DNA of 64,000 nucleotides from Candidatus Hodarchaeota archaeon (GCA_048886685.1 JBHLKM010000014.1:32001-96000); one strand, 5' to 3'; counted from the stretch's first letter, positions 39,879-49,866 are shown. Numbers and translations: made by a program. The notes: generated by a model not told the origin, from the sequence alone.

Positions 39879-41678
39879 TTATGTTGGAATGATTATTTTT
39901 GAATCTAAATCACCAAATTTACCATCTATTATTTTTTTATATGCTGATTTAGTGAAAGAGACGTAATTCTTTGATCCAGAATCCCAAAGCAACATATCTT
40001 CTTTAATCATATCAATATCATACGCTTCACGCTTAAGAGTAATTTTCTTTATTTTATATGGTCCTGTGATTTCAAGTTCATCACAGAATCGAATAAAGAT
40101 GGGAATCGAGTATCCAGGTAAGACCTCACGGACAAATTGAGAAAACTTATTTATCTCAAATTTAATTGATGAATTTAACTTAATTGCAGCCATACCTGCT
40201 TTACCCTCGGTATTTGGGATTGCAACGCCGTAGACTGCTGACATTTGAATAGCGGGAAAAGAGTTTAAAATTGATTCTACTTCTGTTGTAGATACATTTT
40301 CTGATTTCCATCGAAATGTATCGCCAAATCTATCAGCAAAGGAGACCCAGAGATCATCATGAAGTTTTAGCATATCTCCCGTATTGAAATAGCTATCATT
40401 CTTTCTAAAAACATCATGCAAAATTTTTTTCTGAGTTTTTTCTTTATCTTTATACCCAGTAAAGAAGCTCCGTTTTTCTAATTTGAACATAGCCATTCCA
40501 ATATCGCCAGCTTTACATTTAATGCAATATCCCCTCTCATTTCTGAAGAATTCACCTGTTTCAGGATCAACCTTCGCTAAAGCGAGCCCTGCCATTGAAT
40601 GTCGTCCTACCATTCCGGGTATTTCGTCAGCATTGAAAAGAGTTCTATGACCTTCAGTCAAACCATAAAATTCATAAATATGATCAATTTTAAATCGTTC
40701 CTTAAATTGCTCCCAAATTTCTTTTCGAAGACCTATACCAACCATTTTTTTTAGCGTATGGTTTTTTTCAAGTTCTGAAGGAGGTTGATTAAGAAGATAT
40801 CTCGGAATTTCTCCTACGTATATCATAAATGTAATTTTATATTTATGAATATCTTTCCAAAATTCAGAAGCAGAAAATCTTGTTCTTAAAACAGCAGTTG
40901 CTCCTAAAAGAAGAGTTATCGGCCAAGTGACCCCTATTGCAAAATTATGGTAGAGTGGAGTATTGATATAAATAACATCCTCTGGCGTTAAATTGGCAAG
41001 AGCAGGTCCTAAAATATATCCTTGAGTGAAAATTTTGAAATTCTGCATTATTACTGCCTTAGGAAGTCCTGTTGTTCCCGAAGTAAATATATATAATGCA
41101 GTTTCACGTAAAATTGAATTATTTGAAGTAGGGGGATTAAACCTTGAAATTGATGAGAGCTTGTCTGATAAATCCACATAATCGTGCTTAATATTCTTAG
41201 GGTTGTTAATAATAAAAATATTTTCGTTCTTATAAGGTAAATTACTAGCAATTTCGTTGAAAAAAGGTAAATTTTTTCCATCTAAAATGACGAATTTTGA
41301 ATCTACGATAGTAAAAGAATGCTTGAGTGCCTGTCTTCTCTGATTAAAATTTATTAAAGCACTAATCCCTTGAATCTTGTTTATTCCTATTGTAGAAAAG
41401 AGATATTCTGGACAATTTTCTAACATAAGTGCTACAGTTTCACCTGGATTCAAACCTAAATCCAGGAAAAAATTGGAATATCGGTTGCTTTCTTCATTAA
41501 GCGTTTGCCAAGTCCAAGAGTCATCTTTATAATGGAGAGCTATATGATTTGGTTTTTCTTTTGCTAGATTTTCAGCAAGAGTCCCTAATCCTTGATTTGG
41601 ATTTTGTTGTACACTTAGCATACCTTGTCCGAATCTCTCGTAAACCTCTGCTTCTTTTTCAGTATAGTTTGGAGACAT
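39879..41678 (-). CDS. Long-chain acyl-CoA synthetase (FATP-like), paralogue of 20118..21887
   Basis: YIFTSGTTGLPKA, YVGEIPRYL, DRFGDTFRWKSENVST. Confidence 0.93.
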   Translation of the reverse strand: MSPNYTEKEAEVYERFGQGMLSVQQNPNQGLGTLAENLAKEKPNHIALHYKDDSWTWQTLNEESNRYSNFFLDLGLNPGETVALMLENCPEYLFSTIGINKIQGISALINFNQRRQALKHSFTIVDSKFVILDGKNLPFFNEIASNLPYKNENIFIINNPKNIKHDYVDLSDKLSSISRFNPPTSNNSILRETALYIFTSGTTGLPKAVIMQNFKIFTQGYILGPALANLTPEDVIYINTPLYHNFAIGVTWPITLLLGATAVLRTRFSASEFWKDIHKYKITFMIYVGEIPRYLLNQPPSELEKNHTLKKMVGIGLRKEIWEQFKERFKIDHIYEFYGLTEGHRTLFNADEIPGMVGRHSMAGLALAKVDPETGEFFRNERGYCIKCKAGDIGMAMFKLEKRSFFTGYKDKEKTQKKILHDVFRKNDSYFNTGDMLKLHDDLWVSFADRFGDTFRWKSENVSTTEVESILNSFPAIQMSAVYGVAIPNTEGKAGMAAIKLNSSIKFEINKFSQFVREVLPGYSIPIFIRFCDELEITGPYKIKKITLKREAYDIDMIKEDMLLWDSGSKNYVSFTKSAYKKIIDGKFGDLDSKIIIPT

Positions 41679-41869
41679 ATAATTTCCTTACTATAATCTT
41701 ACCAATAAATTTTGGTTAAATTTTTTGAATTAAATTCATATATCTCATTTCAGTATTTATATTTTTTTGTATAAGACCAATCTTACAAGAAATATTTCCC
41801 GAGAAATTCAATAGCATAATAAATTTTAACCATATACGATTAGAAAGGGATAATATCTTCTTAAAATGC

Positions 41870-42766
41870 TCAGATCAGTGCCGCCATATCTTTCACATTT
41901 TGAGCGATTCTCATGATACTTTTAATTTTCTCTTTATCTTCATAATCCAAGTTACTCAATAACTTATTTGCTTTATCGAATAGTACATCTTTTTTTATCC
42001 ACACAATAAATGCTAATTTATCGTCTTTCTGTAAAAATGCATTCATGACTTCATTAAAATATTGTTGGGTTTCTTTATAAAGATCTAATACCTTCCCATT
42101 CAAACGAAGCTCTTTCAATATTTCCCCAATTTCCTCTATTTTTTCACAGAACATACGATAATCCATTGCTTCAAGAGGTGTAAATTCACTGGTTGACGAT
42201 ATATAAATTCCTGTTCTGAGATAAGTTCTAATGTGAATGACTAATATAAAATAGAAGTTTCGTAATTGCTCGAAATTATCGTTTAAATCCTCAAATGATT
42301 TGTTTTCTAAATCCTCGAACATATTTACAACTAGATATAACAATCGTTGGATCAGTTTTTTAGTGGGGATCTCTTTGTACCCAAAATTTTGAACGATTAT
42401 TTTTTGTTCAGTTTCCTCGATAATTTCTGTGTTTGGGAGTCTATTGACATATCTTCTAATAAATTTCCTTAAGCTTTTATTTATTTCCCTTTCTGAAATT
42501 ATGGTTATCTTTCTTTCTCCTGCCAAACTTTTCTTTAGTAGTTCCCAGATAACGTATTGATCAGCTTCTAATATGATTTCATCTTGTATAACTTCACCTA
42601 CTTCTTGCATTTTTGGCATAACTAATAATGTGCCATCATTTCGAATTTCCATACCGATTGATTCACCAGCATCTAATTCATAATTCTCTGTCCATTTTTT
42701 CGGCAGGCTTACTACTAACGAACCCCCTATTTTCTGTATTTTTCGATAAAATCTTTCCATAATCAA
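41870..42766 (-). CDS. AbrB-PhoU domain transcriptional regulator
   Basis: RKIQKIGGSLVVSLPKKW AbrB N-terminus; EKIEEIGE and RIAQNVKDMA PhoU-like helices. Confidence 0.85.
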   Translation of the reverse strand: MIMERFYRKIQKIGGSLVVSLPKKWTENYELDAGESIGMEIRNDGTLLVMPKMQEVGEVIQDEIILEADQYVIWELLKKSLAGERKITIISEREINKSLRKFIRRYVNRLPNTEIIEETEQKIIVQNFGYKEIPTKKLIQRLLYLVVNMFEDLENKSFEDLNDNFEQLRNFYFILVIHIRTYLRTGIYISSTSEFTPLEAMDYRMFCEKIEEIGEILKELRLNGKVLDLYKETQQYFNEVMNAFLQKDDKLAFIVWIKKDVLFDKANKLLSNLDYEDKEKIKSIMRIAQNVKDMAALI

Positions 42767-42787
42767 TATATAAGATGAATTAATATT

Positions 42788-42848
42788 ATTTATACTTTTT
42801 TATTGTGTATATATATTTTATACCATAGATTTATACGGGAATTTATAC
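42788..42848. promoter_or_regulatory. Four TTTATAC direct repeats in the divergent promoter region
   Basis: TTTATAC at 42789, 42817, 42830 and 42842. Confidence 0.5.
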
Positions 42849-42892
42849 ATCTTCATATTAGAAAAAAAAGAGAAAAAATGTGATTAAAAAAA

Positions 42893-43033
42893 ATGTCATT
42901 ATTTAATATATTTCGACCGGAAAAGGGTAAAAAGAAGTTAGAAGAGCTCAAAGTAACGCTCCAAATTAATCCAGAATATTATAAGGAGCTAAAAATGCTT
43001 AGATTAAAGAGAGACGCTAACCCATATTTCTAA
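42893..43033 (+). CDS. 46-aa small protein, copy 1 (not in ORF track)
   Basis: MSLFNIFRPEKGKKKLEELKVTLQINPEYYKELKMLRLKRDANPYF; GTGAT upstream; paralogue at 44172. Confidence 0.85.
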   Translation: MSLFNIFRPEKGKKKLEELKVTLQINPEYYKELKMLRLKRDANPYF

Positions 43034-43075
43034 AATATTTTTTCCTACTATTTTTAATTTCCTTGTTTAAAACAG

Positions 43076-43738
43076 TTATAAAATTATTTCCATTTCATAT
43101 CTCCTTTCTTCAATGATTTCAGGAAGCGATTCAAAATTGTTTAAACTCAAATCTAAATATTGTAGAGATTTTAGCTTTGCGAAGGAATCTGGAAGGGAAG
43201 ACAGTTGGTTGCTTCTTAATATTAATTCTTGAAGCGATGTAAGGTTCCCTATAGATTCGGGCAATTCTGTTAATTTGTTTCCATTTAAATTAAGATATTT
43301 AAGATTTTTATAATCACCGATGAAATCTGGAAGCCTGATTAATTTCGCGTCTACTATAAAAAGAGCTTCAAGCAATCGTAATTCTTTAAAAGAGTCTGGT
43401 ACTGTTTTTAAGGCGTGGTATAGATGAAAATTTAAATAGAGCTTTTTTAAAAACTTAAAATTAGCGATAATCTCTGGAAATGATACTAAATCACATGTTC
43501 TGCATTCAACATCAAACTTTATGCATTCCTCGCATACAGAAGGGTCCGTTAGTCCGATCAAATCGACATGGTGAGATTTAACGGTGAATAACTGAGGATA
43601 ATAACACCACCCATCACATAAAGAGAATTTCTCAACTAACGAGATACCATCGTCATAGTTCCTTTCTAACTTTTTTAGAGCTCGTACTTCCTCTTCAACA
43701 ATATCTGCTCCTTGAAATTTTGCCACCGAATAAGTCAT
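43076..43738 (-). CDS. Leucine-rich repeat protein with Cys-rich N-terminal region
   Basis: LxxLxLxxNxLxxLP repeats (LPESIGNLTSLQELILRSNQL); CDGWC and CEEC..CRTC. Confidence 0.9.
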   Translation of the reverse strand: MTYSVAKFQGADIVEEEVRALKKLERNYDDGISLVEKFSLCDGWCYYPQLFTVKSHHVDLIGLTDPSVCEECIKFDVECRTCDLVSFPEIIANFKFLKKLYLNFHLYHALKTVPDSFKELRLLEALFIVDAKLIRLPDFIGDYKNLKYLNLNGNKLTELPESIGNLTSLQELILRSNQLSSLPDSFAKLKSLQYLDLSLNNFESLPEIIEERRYEMEIIL

Positions 43739-43742
43739 TTTT

Positions 43743-43768
43743 GTTCACAAGGTTTTTCGTTCACAAGG
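43743..43768. repeat. Tandem duplication of GTTCACAAGG just upstream of the LRR start
   Basis: GTTCACAAGG at 43743 and 43759 (16-bp period). Confidence 0.8.
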
Positions 43769-43930
43769 ATTTTTGATGTTATTTTGTTATACATAGAAAA
43801 TAACCTATATAAATTTAAAGACTATTAGCGAACAGTGATTCGTGAAATTATGGAAATTAACATTTGTGAAAAACTAATACTATAATTCAAGAAAAAAGAT
43901 TGAAAAAAAAAATTGATAATAGATAGAACG

Positions 43931-43951
43931 GATCATATAATTTATATGATC
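43931..43951. promoter_or_regulatory. Perfect 10-1-10 inverted repeat, candidate operator
   Basis: GATCATATAA-T-TTATATGATC. Confidence 0.5.
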
Positions 43952-44171
43952 TGGCACCCACTTTATTATTAGAATATATGATATTTTAATTTTGATCCTA
44001 TATTATAAATATATTTAATTGATATTCTCATATTGTAAAAAGAATATATATGAAAATGATCATTCAGATTTTCATATTAGTACTAATTCCTGATCATTAT
44101 TCGATATATATTTATACATGATTTTATATTTATGTAACGTAGATAAAAAATAGAAGAAGTGATAAAATAAG

Positions 44172-44312
44172 ATGATATTATTCGATTTTTTTAGGCCAGA
44201 AAGAAATAAAAAGAAGTTAGAAGAACTCAAAAAAACGCTTCAAATTAATCCGGAATATTATAAGGAACTAAAAACACTTAAATTAAAAAGAGATGCTAAT
44301 CCATATATGTAA
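44172..44312 (+). CDS. 46-aa small protein, copy 2 (not in ORF track)
   Basis: MILFDFFRPERNKKKLEELKKTLQINPEYYKELKTLKLKRDANPYM; GTGAT upstream; 37/46 identical to copy 1. Confidence 0.85.
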   Translation: MILFDFFRPERNKKKLEELKKTLQINPEYYKELKTLKLKRDANPYM

Positions 44313-44424
44313 AATATTTTTTTTCTTACTATTTTTGATTTACTATTTTAAAACATAACTATGATTATTTTGAAAATAGTCTCGATATTCAAAATTACAG
44401 AATAAAATAGAAAATAAAAAAACT

Positions 44425-45720
44425 TTAAAGTTTCTCAAAAATATGTATACACATTGCTGCTTCTCCAGGGCCCAAATTGCCTCCTCCATTATGAGCAAGA
44501 GCTATTTTAGCGTCTTTAACTTGCCTTTCTCCAGCTTCTCCACGCAATTGTGCTACCAATTCATACATCTGTGCAACACCGGAAGCACCTATAGGATGTC
44601 CACGAGCTAACAACCCCCCGCTAGGATTAACAGCCACTTTTCCATCGAGTTGAGTAGCCCCACTTTCTGCAAATGGACCACCTTGCCCTTCAGGGCAGAA
44701 ACCTAACCCTTCAGTAATATGAAGTTCTGCATAAGCAGTTGCATCATGAACCTCTGCTACGTCAATATCTTCTGGATCAAGACCAGCTGTTTTATAAGCA
44801 ATATCAGATGCGATTTTTATTCCGTTAAATGGTTGACGTGAGCCAGATCGTAAGACTGAAGCCCGTACTAAAATTGCTCTATCTCTAAGACTTGGATTGT
44901 CATTTAAAAATTCCTCAGAACAAACTATTGCAGCTGCTGAACCATCTCCAGTAGGAGCACACATGGCTCTTGTTAGAGGATATGCCACAACATAATCTTC
45001 CATAACCTGTTCAACGGTTTGAGGGAATGTATACTGAGCTAATGGATTCATCGTAGAATTATTATGATTTTTTGCTGCAATAACAGCAATTTGACGTTGA
45101 GTAGTTCCGTACCTCTTCATGTGAGCTCGAGCACCCATTGCATAGAAATCCATAAAAATTGAATGATCTTTCTTTTTTGGCTTTTCTCCTCCCTCCTTCG
45201 TATCTTTTGCTTTCTCCTTAGCTGCTTGTTTGTTTCCCTCTTCAATTTGTTTTTTCAACTGACCAATCATTTTAAGAGTGTCCTCAACATCGGTCCCTGC
45301 GATAAATCCGGACATTGCACCCATTCCCGGTATCCCGCCGGATCTCACAACAGGAGGTTTGTCAAAATACATTTTTTCTGTTCCCACCGCTAAAGCAACG
45401 TTATAAACACCTGCTTTAACTGACAACCAAGCATTATGAAATGCACTACTTCCACCTGCGCATGCATTTTCTACATTCGTAATGGGTATTTTATCAATAC
45501 CATGGGTACTTAGTGCAACTTGCCCTCGAATACAATGCTGATATTCTGACTGACCCCAACCCGAATTACTAAACCAGGCTGCTTCTAAATCACCTTTACT
45601 CAAACCACAATCCTTTAGGGCATCCTCAACAGATTCACCAGTCATACTTTTCATAGTCCTTCCTGGAAGCTTCGCAAACCGAATCATCCCTACACCTATA
45701 ATATAAACATTTTCGCTCAT
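44425..45720 (-). CDS. Thiolase-family protein (SCP-x type)
   Basis: VENACAGG, AEVHDA, NPSGGLLARGHPIGASG. Confidence 0.92.
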   Translation of the reverse strand: MSENVYIIGVGMIRFAKLPGRTMKSMTGESVEDALKDCGLSKGDLEAAWFSNSGWGQSEYQHCIRGQVALSTHGIDKIPITNVENACAGGSSAFHNAWLSVKAGVYNVALAVGTEKMYFDKPPVVRSGGIPGMGAMSGFIAGTDVEDTLKMIGQLKKQIEEGNKQAAKEKAKDTKEGGEKPKKKDHSIFMDFYAMGARAHMKRYGTTQRQIAVIAAKNHNNSTMNPLAQYTFPQTVEQVMEDYVVAYPLTRAMCAPTGDGSAAAIVCSEEFLNDNPSLRDRAILVRASVLRSGSRQPFNGIKIASDIAYKTAGLDPEDIDVAEVHDATAYAELHITEGLGFCPEGQGGPFAESGATQLDGKVAVNPSGGLLARGHPIGASGVAQMYELVAQLRGEAGERQVKDAKIALAHNGGGNLGPGEAAMCIHIFEKL

Positions 45721-45990
45721 GTAGTAGTTTCACTTTTTACAGTACTTTGTCTACCAAAATTAACGAGAAAATAAGAATCTTCTCTTTAAATAACTTAAGG
45801 ATGTTTGTAAAATTGAAAATAAATAATTATGAATCCATTTAAATTCGTACTCAACTCTGTTTAACAATTCTATATTAGAATATAATCTACTTACTCTTTA
45901 AAATTCAACAAATTCATAAATTGTAATGCTCTTTATTACAAAATATAATAGAATATTATAAATTTAATTGCAGGTAAGCTTCAGATTTTT

Positions 45991-46965
45991 ATGTATGGAG
46001 AATTAATGGCAATTCTCACTGTCTTGTCTTTTGCACTTTCATTTGTATTAGCGAGACGGATAGAAAAGCATTTTACTCCAATTTTTCAAAATACTGTACG
46101 TTCATTAGTAGGTTTAATCACCTTTTTTACAATATCCTTAGCATTTGGTATTTTAACAAGACTTTCTTTACTTCCCATAATAGTTAGTTTCATGTTAATG
46201 TTAAGTATTCTATTCAACGTAATTTTGGGAGATACTGCATATCTTCACAGTCAGAAAATTTTGGGACCTGCTAAAGCTCTTGCTATAGCAAATACAAATC
46301 CCTTTTTTACCTTCTTATTTGCAGCTATGTTTTTAAGTAGACCAATTACTAATCAAATGATTCTTTCGGGGATTTTAATCGGGATCGGAGTAATTATCCT
46401 AAATAAAAGGAAGGAGAGCAATTTAAAAAGAGATATTGTAAATTCAACAACTCAACTCAGTCCATATGAAAGTGAGTTAAACAGAGAAATCTCAATAAGG
46501 GTTAGAAAAACAACAAAGGGACTGTTTTGGGCTCTTTTTGCATCTATTTCATGGGCAATTGGCTTGGCATTATCAGATTATTCTTTCAATCAAGCTAATA
46601 AGGAATTGGGATTAGGAATACTAAGCACGATGTTAGCAATGGTAATAAGGTTTTTGTTTGCTTCAGTATTATTAAGTAGCATCGCGTATATTGAGGGTCG
46701 AAATAAATCGTCTAATAAGTTGCCGAGAAATCGAAGTATTTGGGGTATCTTGATTTTATCAGCTATATTTAGTTATTCATTAGGGAGTATTTTCTTTGGA
46801 GAAGCTGTTCATAGAGTTGGTGCATCATTCATGGCTTTAATCTCCACAGCGTTGCCTTTATTTACAATTCCTTTTTCCTATATTATTAATAAAGAAACAT
46901 TATCAAAAGAGGGTTATATAGGGGTTACAATTACCATTCTTGGAGTAGTATTGATAGTTCTTTAG
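45991..46965 (+). CDS. DMT/EamA family transporter
   Basis: About 10 TM in two repeats. Confidence 0.85.
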   Translation: MYGELMAILTVLSFALSFVLARRIEKHFTPIFQNTVRSLVGLITFFTISLAFGILTRLSLLPIIVSFMLMLSILFNVILGDTAYLHSQKILGPAKALAIANTNPFFTFLFAAMFLSRPITNQMILSGILIGIGVIILNKRKESNLKRDIVNSTTQLSPYESELNREISIRVRKTTKGLFWALFASISWAIGLALSDYSFNQANKELGLGILSTMLAMVIRFLFASVLLSSIAYIEGRNKSSNKLPRNRSIWGILILSAIFSYSLGSIFFGEAVHRVGASFMALISTALPLFTIPFSYIINKETLSKEGYIGVTITILGVVLIVL

Positions 46966-47085
46966 GATTTTATCGATTTCCAATAATATCATTATTGCAC
47001 GTTCTTTCAGAATAAAACCTAGAAATAGAAATATTAGAAATAGAAATGTAAAAAAAAATTTTAATATTTAATAAAAACTAATAAT

Positions 47086-47598
47086 TTAACAACATCCATC
47101 ATGGGCGTTGCTATGATCGTGTTCACATCCACAACCACATGCGGTAGGTGGATCGGGCTCGCAATCAGTTTCAATAATTTTAATTTTAAAATTTAGAACT
47201 TTACCTGCCATCGGATGATTTAAATCGATAACTACCATATCCTCTTCAATTAACTTTATTGATGCGGGCATCTGACCTTGCGGGCCCATAACCATCAGCA
47301 TTAAACCAGGTTGAAGATCAACTCCCTTAGGAAATTGAGCTTTTGGAACACTTTGAGTCATTCCTTCCTTGCGTTCACCATATGCTTCGGAGGGTTCAAG
47401 TCTGATGGAATACTCATCACCAAGGTTCTTATTTATTACCGAATTATCGAATCCATTAATAAGTTGCCCCGCTCCTACTTGGAATTTTAAGGGAGCACCT
47501 CCATTCATTTGTGTGCTATCAAAAACAGTTCCATCATCAAAAGTCCCTTCGTATTCGACTTTTATCCATTCTCCTTTTTTTACAGCCATCTTTATCAA
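47086..47598 (-). CDS. slyD: FKBP-type peptidyl-prolyl isomerase, SlyD-like with Cys/His tail
   Basis: YEGTFDDGTVFDS, GAGQLINGF, DLNHPMAGKVLNF, tail CGCGCEHDHSNAHDGCC. Confidence 0.9.
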   Translation of the reverse strand: MIKMAVKKGEWIKVEYEGTFDDGTVFDSTQMNGGAPLKFQVGAGQLINGFDNSVINKNLGDEYSIRLEPSEAYGERKEGMTQSVPKAQFPKGVDLQPGLMLMVMGPQGQMPASIKLIEEDMVVIDLNHPMAGKVLNFKIKIIETDCEPDPPTACGCGCEHDHSNAHDGCC

Positions 47599-47771
47599 AT
47601 TTTAACTTTATTATAAAAATAATAAATTCATGACTTATGAGTTAATTGATTATAATTTAGTAATTGTTATGACACAGAATTACTAAATATTTAAAACAAA
47701 TCAGGAATATTAGAACCTTATAATTATATAGAGTTTACTATTATAATTTCTAAAAAAGGGATGCATTTTCA

Positions 47772-48614
47772 ATGAGTATTGAGCTACCAGAAGCATATAT
47801 ACTTACTGAACAAATGAACCAGGAACTTATAGGAAAACAGATTAAGTCTTATGATCTTTATGATTATGAACGACTTCAGAAAATTGGTTTTTTAAATAAG
47901 AATATTAAAGAATTTGATCTCCTTATAAAATGTAAAATTACATCGATCATCACAAGAGGAAATCTGATTCGTGTTATTTTGGATAATGATGTGAACCTTT
48001 TAATTAGCCCAGAATATGGTGGGAGGGTAATATACCATAGGGATAACAAACCACTTCCAGATAAATTCCATTTGAAAATCGAGTTTACTGATAATACAAT
48101 ATTAACAGTAAGGCTCACAGGGATGGGTCTTATTTATATCGCTAAAAACAGCGATTTAGAACATTCATATCTATATAAACGTGATTTTTCTGATGTTTTA
48201 TCTCCTCTCGATGATAATTTTACTTCTACTCACTTCTCAAAATTACTTGATACTATGAAAAGAGGAATCAAATCTATTCTTGTTGGGAAAGATGCTATGC
48301 TTGTCGGCTTGTCCAACAGTGCGTTTCAAGATATAATATATAGAGCTAAACTTTACCCAAAAATAAAAGGTTCCGATTTAGATGAACACCAAAAAAGGGC
48401 ACTTTTCGATTCTGTCAAAACAGTTGTAAATGAAAGAATTAGATTGGGGGGTAAATATCAGTTTGTTGATTTATTTGGAAATAAAGGTCAGTATATTCCT
48501 GCTATGGGACCTAATATGAAGGGAAAAACATGTTCAGATTGTGGTTCAGATATAGAGAAACTTAGTGTAGGAGGAGGGCAAGTCTATTATTGTCCTCAAT
48601 GTCAAGAAGAATAG
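47772..48614 (+). CDS. Fpg/Nei-family DNA glycosylase-like protein
   Basis: ELPE N-terminus, H2TH-like GLSNSAFQDIIYRAKLYP, C-terminal CxxC..CPQCQ finger. Confidence 0.85.
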   Translation: MSIELPEAYILTEQMNQELIGKQIKSYDLYDYERLQKIGFLNKNIKEFDLLIKCKITSIITRGNLIRVILDNDVNLLISPEYGGRVIYHRDNKPLPDKFHLKIEFTDNTILTVRLTGMGLIYIAKNSDLEHSYLYKRDFSDVLSPLDDNFTSTHFSKLLDTMKRGIKSILVGKDAMLVGLSNSAFQDIIYRAKLYPKIKGSDLDEHQKRALFDSVKTVVNERIRLGGKYQFVDLFGNKGQYIPAMGPNMKGKTCSDCGSDIEKLSVGGGQVYYCPQCQEE

Positions 48615-48641
48615 ATCTTTAATATTTCATTAACTGAAGAC

Positions 48642-49160
48642 TCAACAGGGAGAATCTATCTCATCTTCAAGTAAAGCTCGTAAGAGTTGAATTTTCCCAT
48701 AATGTAGTGCTGTATGTGAAGCAGTTATGAAAAGCCAATGAGCCACATTTTTTACATCTTCTCCTGTTTCAACTACCGAATAAAACTCTTCACTATTAAG
48801 TGAAGATATAAACTTCTGACTTTCATGACGGACTTCAGTAGCCCATTTTATTACATTTTGTACTGAATCTATAGATTTGCGGATTTCTTCGATTCGCCAC
48901 CAATCTGTACCAAAAATCTCATATTCTGGAGGTATAATAGGACCTTCAATTTTTTGAATAATTCTCCCTATATGAGTTCGTTCTCGATGAGCTATATGTC
49001 CTATATGCCATATTATTGGTAATTTCTTAGGATCGGGAATCCAAAATAATTGTTCATCAGATAAACCGTCAATTAATGATATATAATGTGAATACCAAAA
49101 GCCCTCTCTTGTCTTAACATTACCAAACATCCATAAAGCAACTTTTTTTAGTTCTGGCAT
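48642..49160 (-). CDS. DinB-family protein
   Basis: WHIGHIA..E, C-terminal HTALHYGKI. Confidence 0.85.
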   Translation of the reverse strand: MPELKKVALWMFGNVKTREGFWYSHYISLIDGLSDEQLFWIPDPKKLPIIWHIGHIAHRERTHIGRIIQKIEGPIIPPEYEIFGTDWWRIEEIRKSIDSVQNVIKWATEVRHESQKFISSLNSEEFYSVVETGEDVKNVAHWLFITASHTALHYGKIQLLRALLEDEIDSPC

Positions 49161-49173
49161 TGATTCTTTATCC

Positions 49174-49761
49174 TCACGAATTTTTTATAGCTTTTAATCC
49201 TGAATTGTAAGCTTTTTTCAGTAAATTATCATTGTTTTTTACTTCACCTCGACGATTAAATCCTGGTGCGAGTACAGTTTCAACTAAATCAATACTCAAG
49301 TAATTTAAAACATCTGTGAGAAGACCGGTTGTGTGTCGTGCGTACCTCTCATGCCCTCCACCTAGGGGTATAACTATAATTACACGTTTTCCTTTAAATG
49401 ATTGATGCTTTGGGTGATACCATCTATCCAAAAAGGTTTTAAATTGCGCTGTCGGGCCCCACCAATAAATAGGGGTGCCTAAAACCCATAACTCACTTTG
49501 TTCCATCTTATCTAGTAGGGTTGGCATATCATCTTTATGCATGCAATTCCCCGTCTTGTAACAGCTATTACATGCCTGACAGGGATTAATTTTTAATTCA
49601 TTTAAAATTATTTTTTCTGTGAGAGCTCCAGCTTCTTTTGCTCCCATCAAAACTTCATCTACTAGAATTTCAGTGTTTCCACCTCTTCGTGGGCTACCAA
49701 CGATTCCTAACACATTTATTTGGGATATTATTATTACCTCGAAATTTTGGTTAAGATACAA
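49174..49761 (-). CDS. Iron-sulfur flavoprotein / flavodoxin family
   Basis: GSPRRGGNT, CQACNSC..C, GTPIYW, KTFLDR; start uncertain. Confidence 0.9.
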   Translation of the reverse strand: MYLNQNFEVIIISQINVLGIVGSPRRGGNTEILVDEVLMGAKEAGALTEKIILNELKINPCQACNSCYKTGNCMHKDDMPTLLDKMEQSELWVLGTPIYWWGPTAQFKTFLDRWYHPKHQSFKGKRVIIVIPLGGGHERYARHTTGLLTDVLNYLSIDLVETVLAPGFNRRGEVKNNDNLLKKAYNSGLKAIKNS

Positions 49762-49866
49762 TTAAAATAAATAAGTATTATGAGAGATAAATAGATATAA
49801 GAATTTTAATATTAGCAGCTAAATAGCAAAGAACAGGGTTATAAAAATAGAAAAAAAATTAATTAA

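Noticed and set aside
42893-44350. The duplicated segments as ends of a mobile element or CRISPR-like repeats
   Set aside because: Only two copies, divergence follows codon structure, and no transposase, integrase or cas gene is present
48642-49160. MPEL N-terminus of the DinB protein resembling the Fpg catalytic start missing in the neighbouring gene
   Set aside because: Four-residue match; the rest of the protein is DinB-like, so likely coincidence
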